DNA of 64,000 bases from an uncultured delta proteobacterium (GCA_963832165.1 CAWHTE010000003.1:448001-512000); one strand, 5' to 3'. Numbered from the stretch's first letter, positions 1 through 9,072 are shown. Translations and numbers: made by a program. The notes: a model not told the origin generated them from the letters alone.

Positions 1-1
1 G

Positions 2-460
2 GTCGGCGTACACCTGTTCGGCACGTTCCTGTTCATGCGCGAGGTGGCGGCGCAGCACTGGCACGCGCTGTTCAAGCAGAACGACAATCAGCCGCTCGCC
101 GACGGCGTGAACCGCTTCATCATCAACTTCTCATCGGTCAGCGCGCGCAACGGCAACATCGGCCAGATCGACTACACGGCGGCCAAGGGCGCGATCGAGT
201 CGGCCACCAAGACCGCCGCGCGCGAGTTCGCGAGCTACCGCGCGCGCGTGAACGCGATCGCACCCGGGCCCGTGAATACGCCGATGCTCGCGGCGGTCGG
301 GGAGGGCGGCATCGAGGCGATGTCGCGCTCCACGCTCGTGGGGCGTGTCGCCGACCCCGACGAGATCGCGGCGACGGTCGCCGCGATCGCCGACCCGAAG
401 CTGTTCGGCTACACGACGGGCCAGGTATTCGCCGCGAACGGTGGCATGTATCTGGACTGA
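2..460 (+). CDS. SDR family oxidoreductase (FabG-like), 5'-truncated by the window edge
   Basis: NFSS, YTAAK (YxxxK), VNAIAPG and TGQVFAANGG motifs; frame is open to the window start. Confidence 0.9.
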   Translation, partial: VGVHLFGTFLFMREVAAQHWHALFKQNDNQPLADGVNRFIINFSSVSARNGNIGQIDYTAAKGAIESATKTAAREFASYRARVNAIAPGPVNTPMLAAVGEGGIEAMSRSTLVGRVADPDEIAATVAAIADPKLFGYTTGQVFAANGGMYLD

Positions 461-506
461 TCGGCGCGCCTTCGGCGCGCGGGATGCGAACTTGGTTGTT
501 CGTGCG

Positions 507-698
507 GCCGGGGTGGTTGGCTTGCTGCGGCTCATGGCTCGCCGGCCTGGGGGTGACGTTCTCTCTCGCCCGAAGGGTCCGAAGCCAGCGATTGCTTCAG
601 GCTTTCAGGTTGCCGGTCCAACCCAAGTGGCCACGAGCCGTGCGACGGCCCGTGGCCGGCTCCGCTTTACTTCGCCGCAGCAAGCCAACCACCCCGGC
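507..698. repeat. Element bounded by perfect 25-bp inverted repeats (MITE/REPIN-like or structured RNA)
   Basis: gccggggtggttggcttgctgcggc (507-531) is the exact reverse complement of 674-698; internal hairpin at 629-657; lies between convergent genes. Confidence 0.75.
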
Positions 699-743
699 AC
701 TCGAACTCGAACGCCCTGGACGCGTGAACCTCTCGATGCGCTA

Positions 744-885
744 GGCCGGGCGCTTGAATTCGCCGCCGGAGGCGTTGGTGATCCTGGAGCATATGCGTCT
801 CCGAGCCGGCAACCGTTGTGCTCCGGTGCACCGTCGTGCACGCCGACGGAGCCACAACGCCGACGCGGCGAATCAACGCCCGGCC
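744..885. repeat. Second long imperfect inverted repeat/hairpin
   Basis: ggccgggcgcttgaattcgccgc...ggcgttggtgatcc pairs imperfectly with ggagccacaacgccgacgcggcgaatcaacgcccggcc. Confidence 0.5.
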
Positions 886-910
886 GCAGGCAGGAACACC
901 GCGGGCCGCC

Positions 911-1732
911 CTACTCGACCTTCACGGGCTCCTTGGCGCGTTCGAGCGCTGCGATCACCTTCGCGAAGCGGTCGGCGATCAGCGGCTCGAACTCGGGGTG
1001 CGTGAAGACGTAGAGCGCGCCTTCGCGCACGCCGCGCAGCGCGTGGCGGCCGACCTCGAGCGGGTCCATGCCCTCGGCCATGCCCGGCGTGATGATGTCG
1101 AGCTGATCCGGTGCACTGCCGAGCGCCGCGGGGCGGTTGCGCGAGGCATCGCCGAGGTTCGTGTTCGTCCAGCCCGGACACAGCACCGAGACGCCGATCC
1201 CACGCTGTGCGAGCTCGAGCGCGAGCGATTCGCTGTAGGCGACCACCGCGTACTTGGTGGCGCTGTACATCCCGAGCACGGGGCCCGAGAGGAAGCCGCC
1301 CACGGAGGCCGTGTTCACCACGTGCGCGCGCGTTCCGCTCGCGAGCCAGCGCGGCACGAACGCGCGGCAGCCGTTGACGACGCCGAAGAGGTTCACGCGG
1401 ATCAGCCAGTCCCAGTCCGCCGCGCTGAACTCGTGGATCGCGCCGCCCTGTGCGACGCCGGCGTTGTTGAACAGCACATCGACGCCGCCAAAGCGCGCGA
1501 AGGCCTGATCGGCGAGCGCCTCCAGGTCGGCCGGATCGCTCACGTCGGTGCGCACCGCGAAGGCGGCCGTCCCGGCGGCCTCGAGCTCGCGCGCGAAGCG
1601 CTCGGCGGGGGCGAGCTCGATGTCGGCGAGCACCACCCGCATGCCCTGCTCGGCGCACGCGCGCGCGATGCCCGCACCGATTCCGCTCGCACCGCCCGTC
1701 ACCACCGCCACGCGCCCCGAAAGGTTCTCCAT
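911..1732 (-). CDS. SDR family NAD(P)-dependent oxidoreductase
   Basis: MENLSGRVAVVTGGASGIG, NNAG, YSATK; GGAGG RBS upstream of ATG 1732. Confidence 0.92.
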   Translation of the reverse strand: MENLSGRVAVVTGGASGIGAGIARACAEQGMRVVLADIELAPAERFARELEAAGTAAFAVRTDVSDPADLEALADQAFARFGGVDVLFNNAGVAQGGAIHEFSAADWDWLIRVNLFGVVNGCRAFVPRWLASGTRAHVVNTASVGGFLSGPVLGMYSATKYAVVAYSESLALELAQRGIGVSVLCPGWTNTNLGDASRNRPAALGSAPDQLDIITPGMAEGMDPLEVGRHALRGVREGALYVFTHPEFEPLIADRFAKVIAALERAKEPVKVE

Positions 1733-1772
1733 GAAGCCTCCTGCGCCGCAAGCATCGCATATGCTGTGCGCC

Positions 1773-2756
1773 GTGGACGAGCCCCAGCGTGTGTTCGTGA
1801 CGCGCGAAATCCCCGAGGCCTCCCTGAAGCTCCTGGCCGAGGGGCTGCCCGGCGCGCGCATCGACGTACACCGCTCGGCGGAGCGACTCTCTCCGCGCGA
1901 GCTCGAGCGCGCGGCGCGCGGGGCCACCGCGCTCGTGTGCACGCTCGCCGATCGCATCGACGCGGCGCTGCTCGAGGCGCTCGCGCCGCCGCTGCGCGTG
2001 GTGGCGACGTTCGCAGTCGGCTACGAGAACATCGACCTCGACGCCGCGCGCCGGCTCGGTGTGCACGTCGCGAACACGCCGGGCGTGCTCACCGACGCGA
2101 CGGCCGAGGTCGCCGTTGCGCTCGTGCTCGCGTGCGCGCGGCGCGTCGCCGAAGGCGACCGGTTCGTGCGCGCGGGGCGCTTCTCGGGCTGGGGTCCGCT
2201 CGCGCACCGCGGGCACGCGATCTACGGGAGCACGGTGGGAATCGTCGGCGCGGGTCGGATCGGCCATCGCGTCGCGGCGACGCTGCGCCGCGGCTTCGAC
2301 TGCGAGATCCTCGTGCATTCGCGCCGCGTTCCCGCACAGCCGGATTGGCAGCGCGAGCTCGGCGCGCGCTTCGTGCCACTCGAAGAGCTGCTCGAGCGCT
2401 CCGACGCGATCTCGCTGCACTGTCCACTCACGGCGGAGACGCGCCACCTGATCGACGCGCGCGCGCTCGCGCGCATGAAGCGCAGCGCGGTGCTCGTGAA
2501 CACGGCGCGCGGTCCGATCGTCGACGAGAACGCGCTCGTGGCGGCGCTGCGCGCGGGCACGATCGCGGCCGTGGGGCTCGATGTGTACGAGGACGAGCCG
2601 CGTCTGGCTCCGGGGCTCGCCGAGCAGGGCAACGCGGTGCTGCTTCCGCACATCGGCAGCGCCACACACGCGGCGCGCGATGCGATGGGCCGGCTGTGCG
2701 CCGAGGCCGTGATCGCGGAGCTCTCGGGTCGCGCCGCTGCCCATCGGCTGGTTTAG
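1773..2756 (+). CDS. D-glycerate dehydrogenase / glyoxylate reductase (D-2-hydroxyacid dehydrogenase)
   Basis: AVGYENIDL, NTPGVLTDATAE, GAGRIG, VNTARG, LDVYEDEP, PHIGSAT; start is GTG 1773 (alternative ATG 1761). Confidence 0.92.
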   Translation: MDEPQRVFVTREIPEASLKLLAEGLPGARIDVHRSAERLSPRELERAARGATALVCTLADRIDAALLEALAPPLRVVATFAVGYENIDLDAARRLGVHVANTPGVLTDATAEVAVALVLACARRVAEGDRFVRAGRFSGWGPLAHRGHAIYGSTVGIVGAGRIGHRVAATLRRGFDCEILVHSRRVPAQPDWQRELGARFVPLEELLERSDAISLHCPLTAETRHLIDARALARMKRSAVLVNTARGPIVDENALVAALRAGTIAAVGLDVYEDEPRLAPGLAEQGNAVLLPHIGSATHAARDAMGRLCAEAVIAELSGRAAAHRLV

Positions 2757-2767
2757 ATTCTCTCGGG

Positions 2768-3538
2768 ATGCGTGTCGCCACCTGGAACATCAACGGACTC
2801 CGCTCGCGCCTGGCGCTGCTCTTGCACTGGCTCGCAGCGCGCAAACCCGACGTGGTGGCACTCCAGGAGCTCAAGCTCACCGACGCGCAGTTCCCGCACG
2901 CCGAGCTCGAGGCGCAGGGCTACCACGCGGCCGTGCACGGCGAGAAGGGCTGGAACGGCGTGGCGATCCTCGCGCGCAAGCCGCTCGAGTCGGTGCAGGT
3001 GGGTCTGCCCGGCGCGGACTTCGGCGCGCGCATGGTCACCGCGCGCGTCGAGGGCCTGTCGGTCGCGAGCGTGTACTGCCCGAACGGCAAGTCGGTCGCG
3101 CACGAGGACTTTCCCCGCAAGCTCGCCTGGTTCGACGCGCTCGCGGCGCATTGGACGGCGAGCCATCCGCCCGGCGATCCCGCGCTCCTGTGCGGTGATT
3201 TCAACCTGTGTCCCGCGGCGCTCGACAGCTGGAACGAGGCCGGCTTCACGGGCGCGATCTTCCACACCGAGCAGGAGCGCGCGCGCTTCCGCGCGCTGCT
3301 CACCGCGGGGCTGTTCGATCTGTTTCGCGAGCGCAATCCGGAGCTGCAGGCGTTCACGTGGTGGGACTACCGCGCGGGCGCGTTCCACAAGCGCCAGGGG
3401 CTGCGCATCGACCTGCTGCTCGCCACGCGGCCCGTGCTCGAGCGCGTGACGGCCGTGGAGATCGACCGCGAATACCGCAAGAAGCAGGACGGCCTCACGG
3501 CGTCCGATCACGCGCCGGTGTACGCGGACCTCATTTGA
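2768..3538 (+). CDS. xth: Exodeoxyribonuclease III
   Basis: MRVATWNING, LQELK, YCPNG, GDFN, FTWWDYR, GLRID, SDHAPV. Confidence 0.95.
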   Translation: MRVATWNINGLRSRLALLLHWLAARKPDVVALQELKLTDAQFPHAELEAQGYHAAVHGEKGWNGVAILARKPLESVQVGLPGADFGARMVTARVEGLSVASVYCPNGKSVAHEDFPRKLAWFDALAAHWTASHPPGDPALLCGDFNLCPAALDSWNEAGFTGAIFHTEQERARFRALLTAGLFDLFRERNPELQAFTWWDYRAGAFHKRQGLRIDLLLATRPVLERVTAVEIDREYRKKQDGLTASDHAPVYADLI

Positions 3539-4112
3539 TTCCCTGGTCGCGGTAGAACCAGTCGAGGATCTCGCGCGCGAGCTGATCCTTCGAACGATCT
3601 CCGCACTCGATCACGTGATCGGCGGCGCGGCGATACCACGGATCGCGGCGCTTCATGATCTGGCGGAAGCTGTCGTCGCCCGAGAGAGCCGGCCGGTCCT
3701 CGTCGCCGTCGATGCGCGCCTCGAGATAGTCGAGCGTGCGGTGCAGGTACACGATCCGCCCGTAGCGACGGAGCGCATCGACTTTGCGCGCGCTGTAGCG
3801 CTCGCGGCCGTCGCCATCGAGCTCCACGACCACGCCGCCGCCGGCGTCGATCAGCGCCCCTCCCTCGACCGCGGCGACCTTCTCGACGACCGCAAGCTCG
3901 CGCGCGCGGAAGCCGGCCCATCCCTCTCGCGCGACGAGGCCGGGGATTTTCTCCCCATCGGCCTCATAACGCATCAATGCGTCGAGAGAGAACAGCATGA
4001 AGTGTCGGTTGGTGCGCGCGAGCCGCTTCGCGATCGAGCTCTTGCCGCAGCCGCGCCCACCCACGAGGACGAGGTTTTTTTTCAACGGAGGGTGCTCAAC
4101 TCGTTTGCCCAT
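3531..4112 (-). CDS. aroK: Shikimate kinase
   Basis: P-loop GGRGCGKS, GWAGFRARE, GGGVV, RPAL, R..WYRRAAD. Confidence 0.85.
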   Translation of the reverse strand: MGKRVEHPPLKKNLVLVGGRGCGKSSIAKRLARTNRHFMLFSLDALMRYEADGEKIPGLVAREGWAGFRARELAVVEKVAAVEGGALIDAGGGVVVELDGDGRERYSARKVDALRRYGRIVYLHRTLDYLEARIDGDEDRPALSGDDSFRQIMKRRDPWYRRAADHVIECGDRSKDQLAREILDWFYRDQGIK

Positions 4113-4169
4113 CTAACCGACCTTTTGGGGCGGGTAAATGTCGCGAATCCTGCGTTGCTCCGGTACCCG

Positions 4170-5096
4170 ATGAATCTGCGTGGTGTACTCGCCTTCCTGC
4201 TGACGCATGTGATCGCCGTCACAGCCTCGGCAGTGCTGATCGACGGCCTCAACGGCGCGCTCGACGTGGCTCCGTTTCCCGAGCCCGTGCTCGACCACAT
4301 CGGCGTGCGCGGCGGCCTCTCGGCGATCTACCTCGGCAACGGCATCGTGCTCACGGCCAATCACTGCGGCCCCGGCGACGTCTGGTTCGGCGGACAGCTC
4401 TACCACTATGTGCCGGGCTCGGCGGTGCGGCTCGTGAATGATGACGGCACCTACGCGGACCTCATGATGTTCGAGGTTCACCCGCGCCCGAACCTGCCCG
4501 AGCTCCCCATCGTGTCGAGCCGACCGTTGGTGGGCTCGGTCGTGAAGCTGGCGGGCAACGGATTCGACCGCGGCCCCTCGCTCGTGTGGGATCCGAACGG
4601 GAGCGGCGCGCCCGGGCCCACTGGAGGTTATGCGTGGGCTCCGAGCAGCAGCGTGCGCTGGGGTCACAATGTGCTCGAGGTGGTTCCGACGGCGCGCGTG
4701 TTCAACACGATCGCGCTCGGCACGATCTTCCACAGCGGGTTGCTCTGGCCCGAAGCGCAGGCCGTGACCGGGGACTCCGGCGGCGGCGTCTTCGCGCTGA
4801 CGTTGCTCGGGGGGTGGCAGCTCGCGGGCGTGATGATCGGCATCACCCAGTACGCGGGTCAGCCCCCGAATACCTCGTTCTACGGACAGAAGACCTACTT
4901 CGCCGACGCCGCCTACTACCGCCCCCAGCTGGTCGACGCGGTCGATCTACCCGAGCCGGGCGGGGCGCTCGGCGCGGGTGCGGCGCTGCTGTTCTTGCTG
5001 GCCTGCAAGCGCCGCGAAGCGGCGCGCGCAGCGAGGCGAAGCGGAGCGAAGGCGAAAAGGTGGCCTCCGGGTTCCACAGTAACTCGGAAGTCGTAG
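4170..5096 (+). CDS. Secreted trypsin-like serine protease with PEP-CTERM-like sorting tail
   Basis: Signal peptide; VLTANH (His), ADL (Asp), GDSGG (Ser); C-terminal LPEP + hydrophobic stretch + KRR. Confidence 0.8.
   Translation: MNLRGVLAFLLTHVIAVTASAVLIDGLNGALDVAPFPEPVLDHIGVRGGLSAIYLGNGIVLTANHCGPGDVWFGGQLYHYVPGSAVRLVNDDGTYADLMMFEVHPRPNLPELPIVSSRPLVGSVVKLAGNGFDRGPSLVWDPNGSGAPGPTGGYAWAPSSSVRWGHNVLEVVPTARVFNTIALGTIFHSGLLWPEAQAVTGDSGGGVFALTLLGGWQLAGVMIGITQYAGQPPNTSFYGQKTYFADAAYYRPQLVDAVDLPEPGGALGAGAALLFLLACKRREAARAARRSGAKAKRWPPGSTVTRKS
5005..5051 (+). repeat. REP-like GNA-triloop palindromic repeat, copy 1 (in-frame in the 3' end of the protease gene)
   Basis: gcaag-cgccgcGAAgcggcg-cgcgcagcgag-gcGAAgc-ggagcgaag; related to the reverse complement of 44132-44176. 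Confidence 0.6.
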
Positions 5097-5172
5097 TCCT
5101 TGGTCGCGTCCTAGCCTCGCCGAGACGCCGACTGCGTTGACGCGCGGGGGAGGTCGGTCACCCTCCTCGATC

Positions 5173-7245
5173 ATGGATCGGTGCCGCGCCCTGCTGCTGC
5201 TCGCCGCGTGCTGTGTGGCACTCGTGCATGCGGAGGGCGCGTGGGCACAGGGCGCCGCCGGAGCCACCCCCGGCGGCTCGGTCCGGGTCGCCTATCGGAA
5301 CGCGTCGATCACGAGCGTGGTGACCGACATCGCGCGCGCCACGGGCGTTTCGCTGATCTACGACGAGACGGTGTCCGGGCTCGGCACCGTCACGATCGAG
5401 GGGCCGACCCAGGTGAGCCGCGAGGAGGCGCTGGCACTGATCGACAGCCTGCTCCTGTTGCGCGGCTTTGCGGCGGTGCCGGGGCCCGGAGGAGTGCGCA
5501 AGATCGTCGCGATCAACGGCGCCCCGAGTCCGTGGACCGCGAGCTCGGAGATCCCCGACAGCGACGCGCCGGTCACGACGCTCCTGCGCCTCGAGAACGC
5601 GAACGCCACCGACATGGTGCCCGTGATCACGCCGTACCTCGGGACGAACGCCACGGCCGGCGCCTTCGAGCCGACCAACAGCCTGATCCTGTCGGGCCCG
5701 GCGTCGCTCTTGCGCACGCTGCGCACCGCGATCCAGGCGCTCGACCAGGATGCCGCGGGCGAGGCGTTGATCTGGCCGCTGCGCGTCGCAGACGCGGAGA
5801 CCGTCGCGGACCAGCTGCTCGAGATCGAGGGCGAGCTCGAGGTGCCGTTCGTGTCGACCGATGTGCGCCGCAACGCGCTGCTCCTGCGCGTGCGCCCGGG
5901 CGAGACCGAGCGCGTGCGCGCGCTCGTCGACCAGCTGGACCGCCCCGCGCACGGCGCCGCGCGCATGCAGGTGGTGCGGCTGCGCTATGCCGATCCGGAG
6001 AAGCTCGCCGAGCAGCTCACCGAGCTGCGCAGCGAGGGCACGACGGGCGACGGCCAGGGGGCCGATCCCGCCGCGCTGCGCGCGGGATTGCGCGGGCTCC
6101 CGTTCGAGGTGGCACCCGACATCGCGACACACTCGCTCGTGCTCTCGGGGCCGCCCGAGGTGATCGACGCGGTGCTCGACGTCGTGAGCGAGGTCGATCG
6201 CGTCCCGGCGTCGGTGCGCCTGGAGATCCTGGTCGCGGGCGTCGATGTCGACGATCGCCTCGCGCTCGGCGTCGACTATCTGATCCCCACGCTCTCCAAC
6301 CCGAAGGAACCAGACGATCTGATCGCGGCCGTGCGCTCGACCCCGAGCGGCGGCGGCATTCCGCCGTCGATCGAGCGCACGTTCCTCGCCGCGTTCACGC
6401 GCGCTCCGCTGCTGATCACGATCATCGACCCGGTCACGGGCGCGGCGATTCCGATCTCGCTGCCGCGCGAGCAGGGATCGATCACGATGGACGGCCGCAC
6501 CGTGAAGTCGGAAGTAATGATGCAGCCGCACCTCCTGATCACGAGCGGCGAGGAGCACGAGATCTTCGCGGGCGACAACGTGCCGGTTCCGGTCGCGAGC
6601 CCGGAAACGGGAGGCACGGTGGGTACGGGGGGCACCGGCGGCACCGGCGGCACGGGAGGCACTGGCGACACGGGGACCGGCACCGAGGCCACCGATGCCG
6701 GCAATGCCGCGCTGGCGGCGGAGGGCACCGGAGACGGCGGAACGACCACGGGCGGCGAAACCGGAGGCACGGGGACCGGCGGATCGGGGTCGTCGGACCT
6801 CACGGTGCGGCAGAACATCGAGCGCAAGGATGTCGGTACGACCTTGCGCGTGACACCGACGGTCGGCGAGCAGGGCGGCGTGACGCTCGAGCTCCACGTC
6901 GAGGTGAGCTCGCTGCGGGAGTCGGTGGCCGGGCCGGTCGAGGAGGTCGGGCCGACGATCGCGGAGACCACGATCGACTCGACGATCCGGCTGCGCGGCG
7001 GCGAGTTCGCGGTGATCGCCACCGCGGCGCGCCCGGTGACACAGGAGACCCGAACCGGGACACCGTGGCTCATGGACATCCCGGTGATCGGCTGGGCGTT
7101 CCGCTTCACGAGCGAAGAAACCATGAACCGCCATCTGCTCGTCGCCGCGCGCGCAGAGATCCTGCGCCCCGAGTCGCACGACCTCGCGAATCGACTCGCG
7201 CGCGAGCTCGCACCACCCGCTGCTGCTGCACCCGCGCAGCACTGA
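5173..7245 (+). CDS. gspD: Type II secretion system secretin (GspD family)
   Basis: Signal peptide; N0 and repeated N domains (TNSLILSG, RRNALLL, THSLVLSG); secretin motifs RKDVGTTLRVTP, TPWLMDIPVIGWAF. Confidence 0.85.
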   Translation: MDRCRALLLLAACCVALVHAEGAWAQGAAGATPGGSVRVAYRNASITSVVTDIARATGVSLIYDETVSGLGTVTIEGPTQVSREEALALIDSLLLLRGFAAVPGPGGVRKIVAINGAPSPWTASSEIPDSDAPVTTLLRLENANATDMVPVITPYLGTNATAGAFEPTNSLILSGPASLLRTLRTAIQALDQDAAGEALIWPLRVADAETVADQLLEIEGELEVPFVSTDVRRNALLLRVRPGETERVRALVDQLDRPAHGAARMQVVRLRYADPEKLAEQLTELRSEGTTGDGQGADPAALRAGLRGLPFEVAPDIATHSLVLSGPPEVIDAVLDVVSEVDRVPASVRLEILVAGVDVDDRLALGVDYLIPTLSNPKEPDDLIAAVRSTPSGGGIPPSIERTFLAAFTRAPLLITIIDPVTGAAIPISLPREQGSITMDGRTVKSEVMMQPHLLITSGEEHEIFAGDNVPVPVASPETGGTVGTGGTGGTGGTGGTGDTGTGTEATDAGNAALAAEGTGDGGTTTGGETGGTGTGGSGSSDLTVRQNIERKDVGTTLRVTPTVGEQGGVTLELHVEVSSLRESVAGPVEEVGPTIAETTIDSTIRLRGGEFAVIATAARPVTQETRTGTPWLMDIPVIGWAFRFTSEETMNRHLLVAARAEILRPESHDLANRLARELAPPAAAAPAQH

Positions 7246-7322
7246 GTTGATTCGAGCACCGAAAGGACGCGCGCGTGCGTGCGATACACTGCGCGGCCAT
7301 CAGCGCGCACGGGAGAGCGAAC

Positions 7323-8387
7323 GTGAACGTCGGAATCCTGCTGATCTTCCAGAACTATCAAGGCCGCTACTCCGACGAGGAGATGGTGCGCGATCAGATC
7401 CGGATCGCCGATCTCGCCGAACCGCTCGGCTTCGACTCGCTGTGGCCGCCGGAGCACCACTTCACCGACTACTCGGCGTGCCCCGACAACGTCCAGTTCC
7501 TGTCCTACATGGCCGCGAAGACCCACACGATCAAGCTCGGGACGGGTGCCGTGATCGTGCCCTGGAACGACCCGCTGCGCGTGGTCGAGAAGATCGCGTT
7601 CCTCGACCACCTGTCCGGTGGGCGCGCGATCCTCGGCCTCGGGCGCGGCCTCTCGCGCGTGGAATACGAGCACTTCGGCATCGAGATGAACAGCGCGCGC
7701 GACCGATTCGACGAGGCGTCGCAGATGATCATCGACGGGCTCGACAAGGGCTTCATCGAAGGCGACGGCCCGTACTACCCGCAGATCCGCACCGAGATCC
7801 GCCCGCGGCCGCTGCGCAGCTTCCGCGACCGCTTCTACAGCGTGGGCATCTCGCCCGAGTCGGTACAGCAGGTGGCGAAGCTGGGCGCGCGGCTGATGGT
7901 GTTCTCTCAGACCCCCTGGGAGATGTTCAAGGACGGCGCGCTGGCCGCCTACCGGAAGGCCTGGGCCGAACATCAGGAGGGGCCGCCTCCGCCGCCGCTC
8001 ACGGGCGACCTGATGTTCTGCCACGAGGATCCCGCACAGGCCGAGGCGCTCGCCTACGAGTACATGGCCAACTACTACCTCTCGATCCTCAAGCACTACG
8101 AGCTCATGAGCGAGCACTTCAAGGGCACGAAGGGCTACGAGTTCTACAGCAACGCGAGCGACGGGCTGCGCGCGGTCGGGCTCGAGAACTCGGCGAAGAT
8201 CTACACGGGCATCCAGGCCTGGGGCACGCCCGAGCAGCTGATCGAGAAGCTCCGCAAGCGGCGCGAGCTGCTGGGCGACTTCGAGCTCTCGCTGATCTGC
8301 CACTACGGCGGGATGCCCGTCGAGGTGGCCGAGCAGAGCCTTCGGCTGTTCGCCAAAGAAGTGCTGCCCGAACTGCACCGCTGGTAG
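7323..8387 (+). CDS. LLM class flavin-dependent oxidoreductase (luciferase-like monooxygenase)
   Basis: AEPLGFDSLWPPEHHF, LDHLSGGRAILGLGRG, LFAKEVLP. Confidence 0.92.
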   Translation: MNVGILLIFQNYQGRYSDEEMVRDQIRIADLAEPLGFDSLWPPEHHFTDYSACPDNVQFLSYMAAKTHTIKLGTGAVIVPWNDPLRVVEKIAFLDHLSGGRAILGLGRGLSRVEYEHFGIEMNSARDRFDEASQMIIDGLDKGFIEGDGPYYPQIRTEIRPRPLRSFRDRFYSVGISPESVQQVAKLGARLMVFSQTPWEMFKDGALAAYRKAWAEHQEGPPPPPLTGDLMFCHEDPAQAEALAYEYMANYYLSILKHYELMSEHFKGTKGYEFYSNASDGLRAVGLENSAKIYTGIQAWGTPEQLIEKLRKRRELLGDFELSLICHYGGMPVEVAEQSLRLFAKEVLPELHRW

Positions 8388-8487
8388 TCGCGGCGCGCTT
8401 CTAGAATCTGCAGCGCTTTCACCCGCGTCCGCGCAGGGATTGCAAAGGACTCCCGCGCGGGGATCGCGTGCGTGCGCCGTATCGCGG

Positions 8488-8503
8488 CGGCACGGCGGTT
8501 GCA
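8488..8503 (+). promoter_or_regulatory. Sigma-54 (-24/-12) promoter
   Basis: cGGCACGgcggTTGCa matches TGGCACG-N4-TTGC, with GG-N10-GC spacing. Confidence 0.7.
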
Positions 8504-8559
8504 TTGATCTCCTTCGAGTGCGGCGACCCCCGCCGTGCTCCAGAACAGGGAGATCCAAA

Positions 8560-8931
8560 ATGAAGAAGAACACGACCTGGACGATCTGCGGCTTGACGCT
8601 TCTCAGCCTGGCGCTCTACGCCCCCAGCGCTCTCGCGCAGGACGTACAGCAGGAGAAGACCACCACCACGACCACGACCAAGACTTTCAGCTCGGGCACC
8701 GTGAGCACGATGAGCCCCGAGTCGATCGTAATCCGGACGTCGGGGGCGGCAGCTCCGATCACCTACGAGTTCACGGAAACCACGACCTACGTCGACGAGG
8801 CCGGTAATCCGGTCAAGGTCGAGACGGTGAAGACGGGCGTCCCGGTGACGATCTATTACTCGCAGGACGGAGACAAGATGGTCGCCACGAAGGTGGTCGT
8901 GAAGAAGACGGTCAGCCCGCCGAAGGGGTAG
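8560..8931 (+). CDS. Small exported protein (poly-Thr linker, beta-rich domain), paralog 1
   Basis: Sec signal (ALA|Q); clear similarity to 9144-9506 (ETTTYVDEAGNPV, VTIYYS..GDKMVA.KVVVK). Confidence 0.8.
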   Translation: MKKNTTWTICGLTLLSLALYAPSALAQDVQQEKTTTTTTTKTFSSGTVSTMSPESIVIRTSGAAAPITYEFTETTTYVDEAGNPVKVETVKTGVPVTIYYSQDGDKMVATKVVVKKTVSPPKG

Positions 8932-8995
8932 ACCCTTCCCGATTCGTCGAGCATCAGCTCGCAGCAGGTCTCGCGCGCGTCAGCCGGGTGATCTG
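8932..8995 (-). pseudogene. Degenerate relic of part of hemB
   Basis: Aligns with hemB 9755-9817, including an exact 19-mer tcgtcgagcatcagctcgc; translates PADARETCCELMLDES vs PANAREALRELMLDES. Confidence 0.65.
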
Positions 8996-9072
8996 ATTGC
9001 ACAATCTGCATCCGCCGCGGCGCATGATTCCGCTGACCGCGCCCCGGATGGCGTCGAGCGCCGTCCGGGGCG

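Noticed and set aside
818..2767. Long N-terminal extension of xth (906-aa ORF)
   Set aside because: Shadow frame over two real genes in GC-rich DNA; xth starts at MRVATWN (2768).
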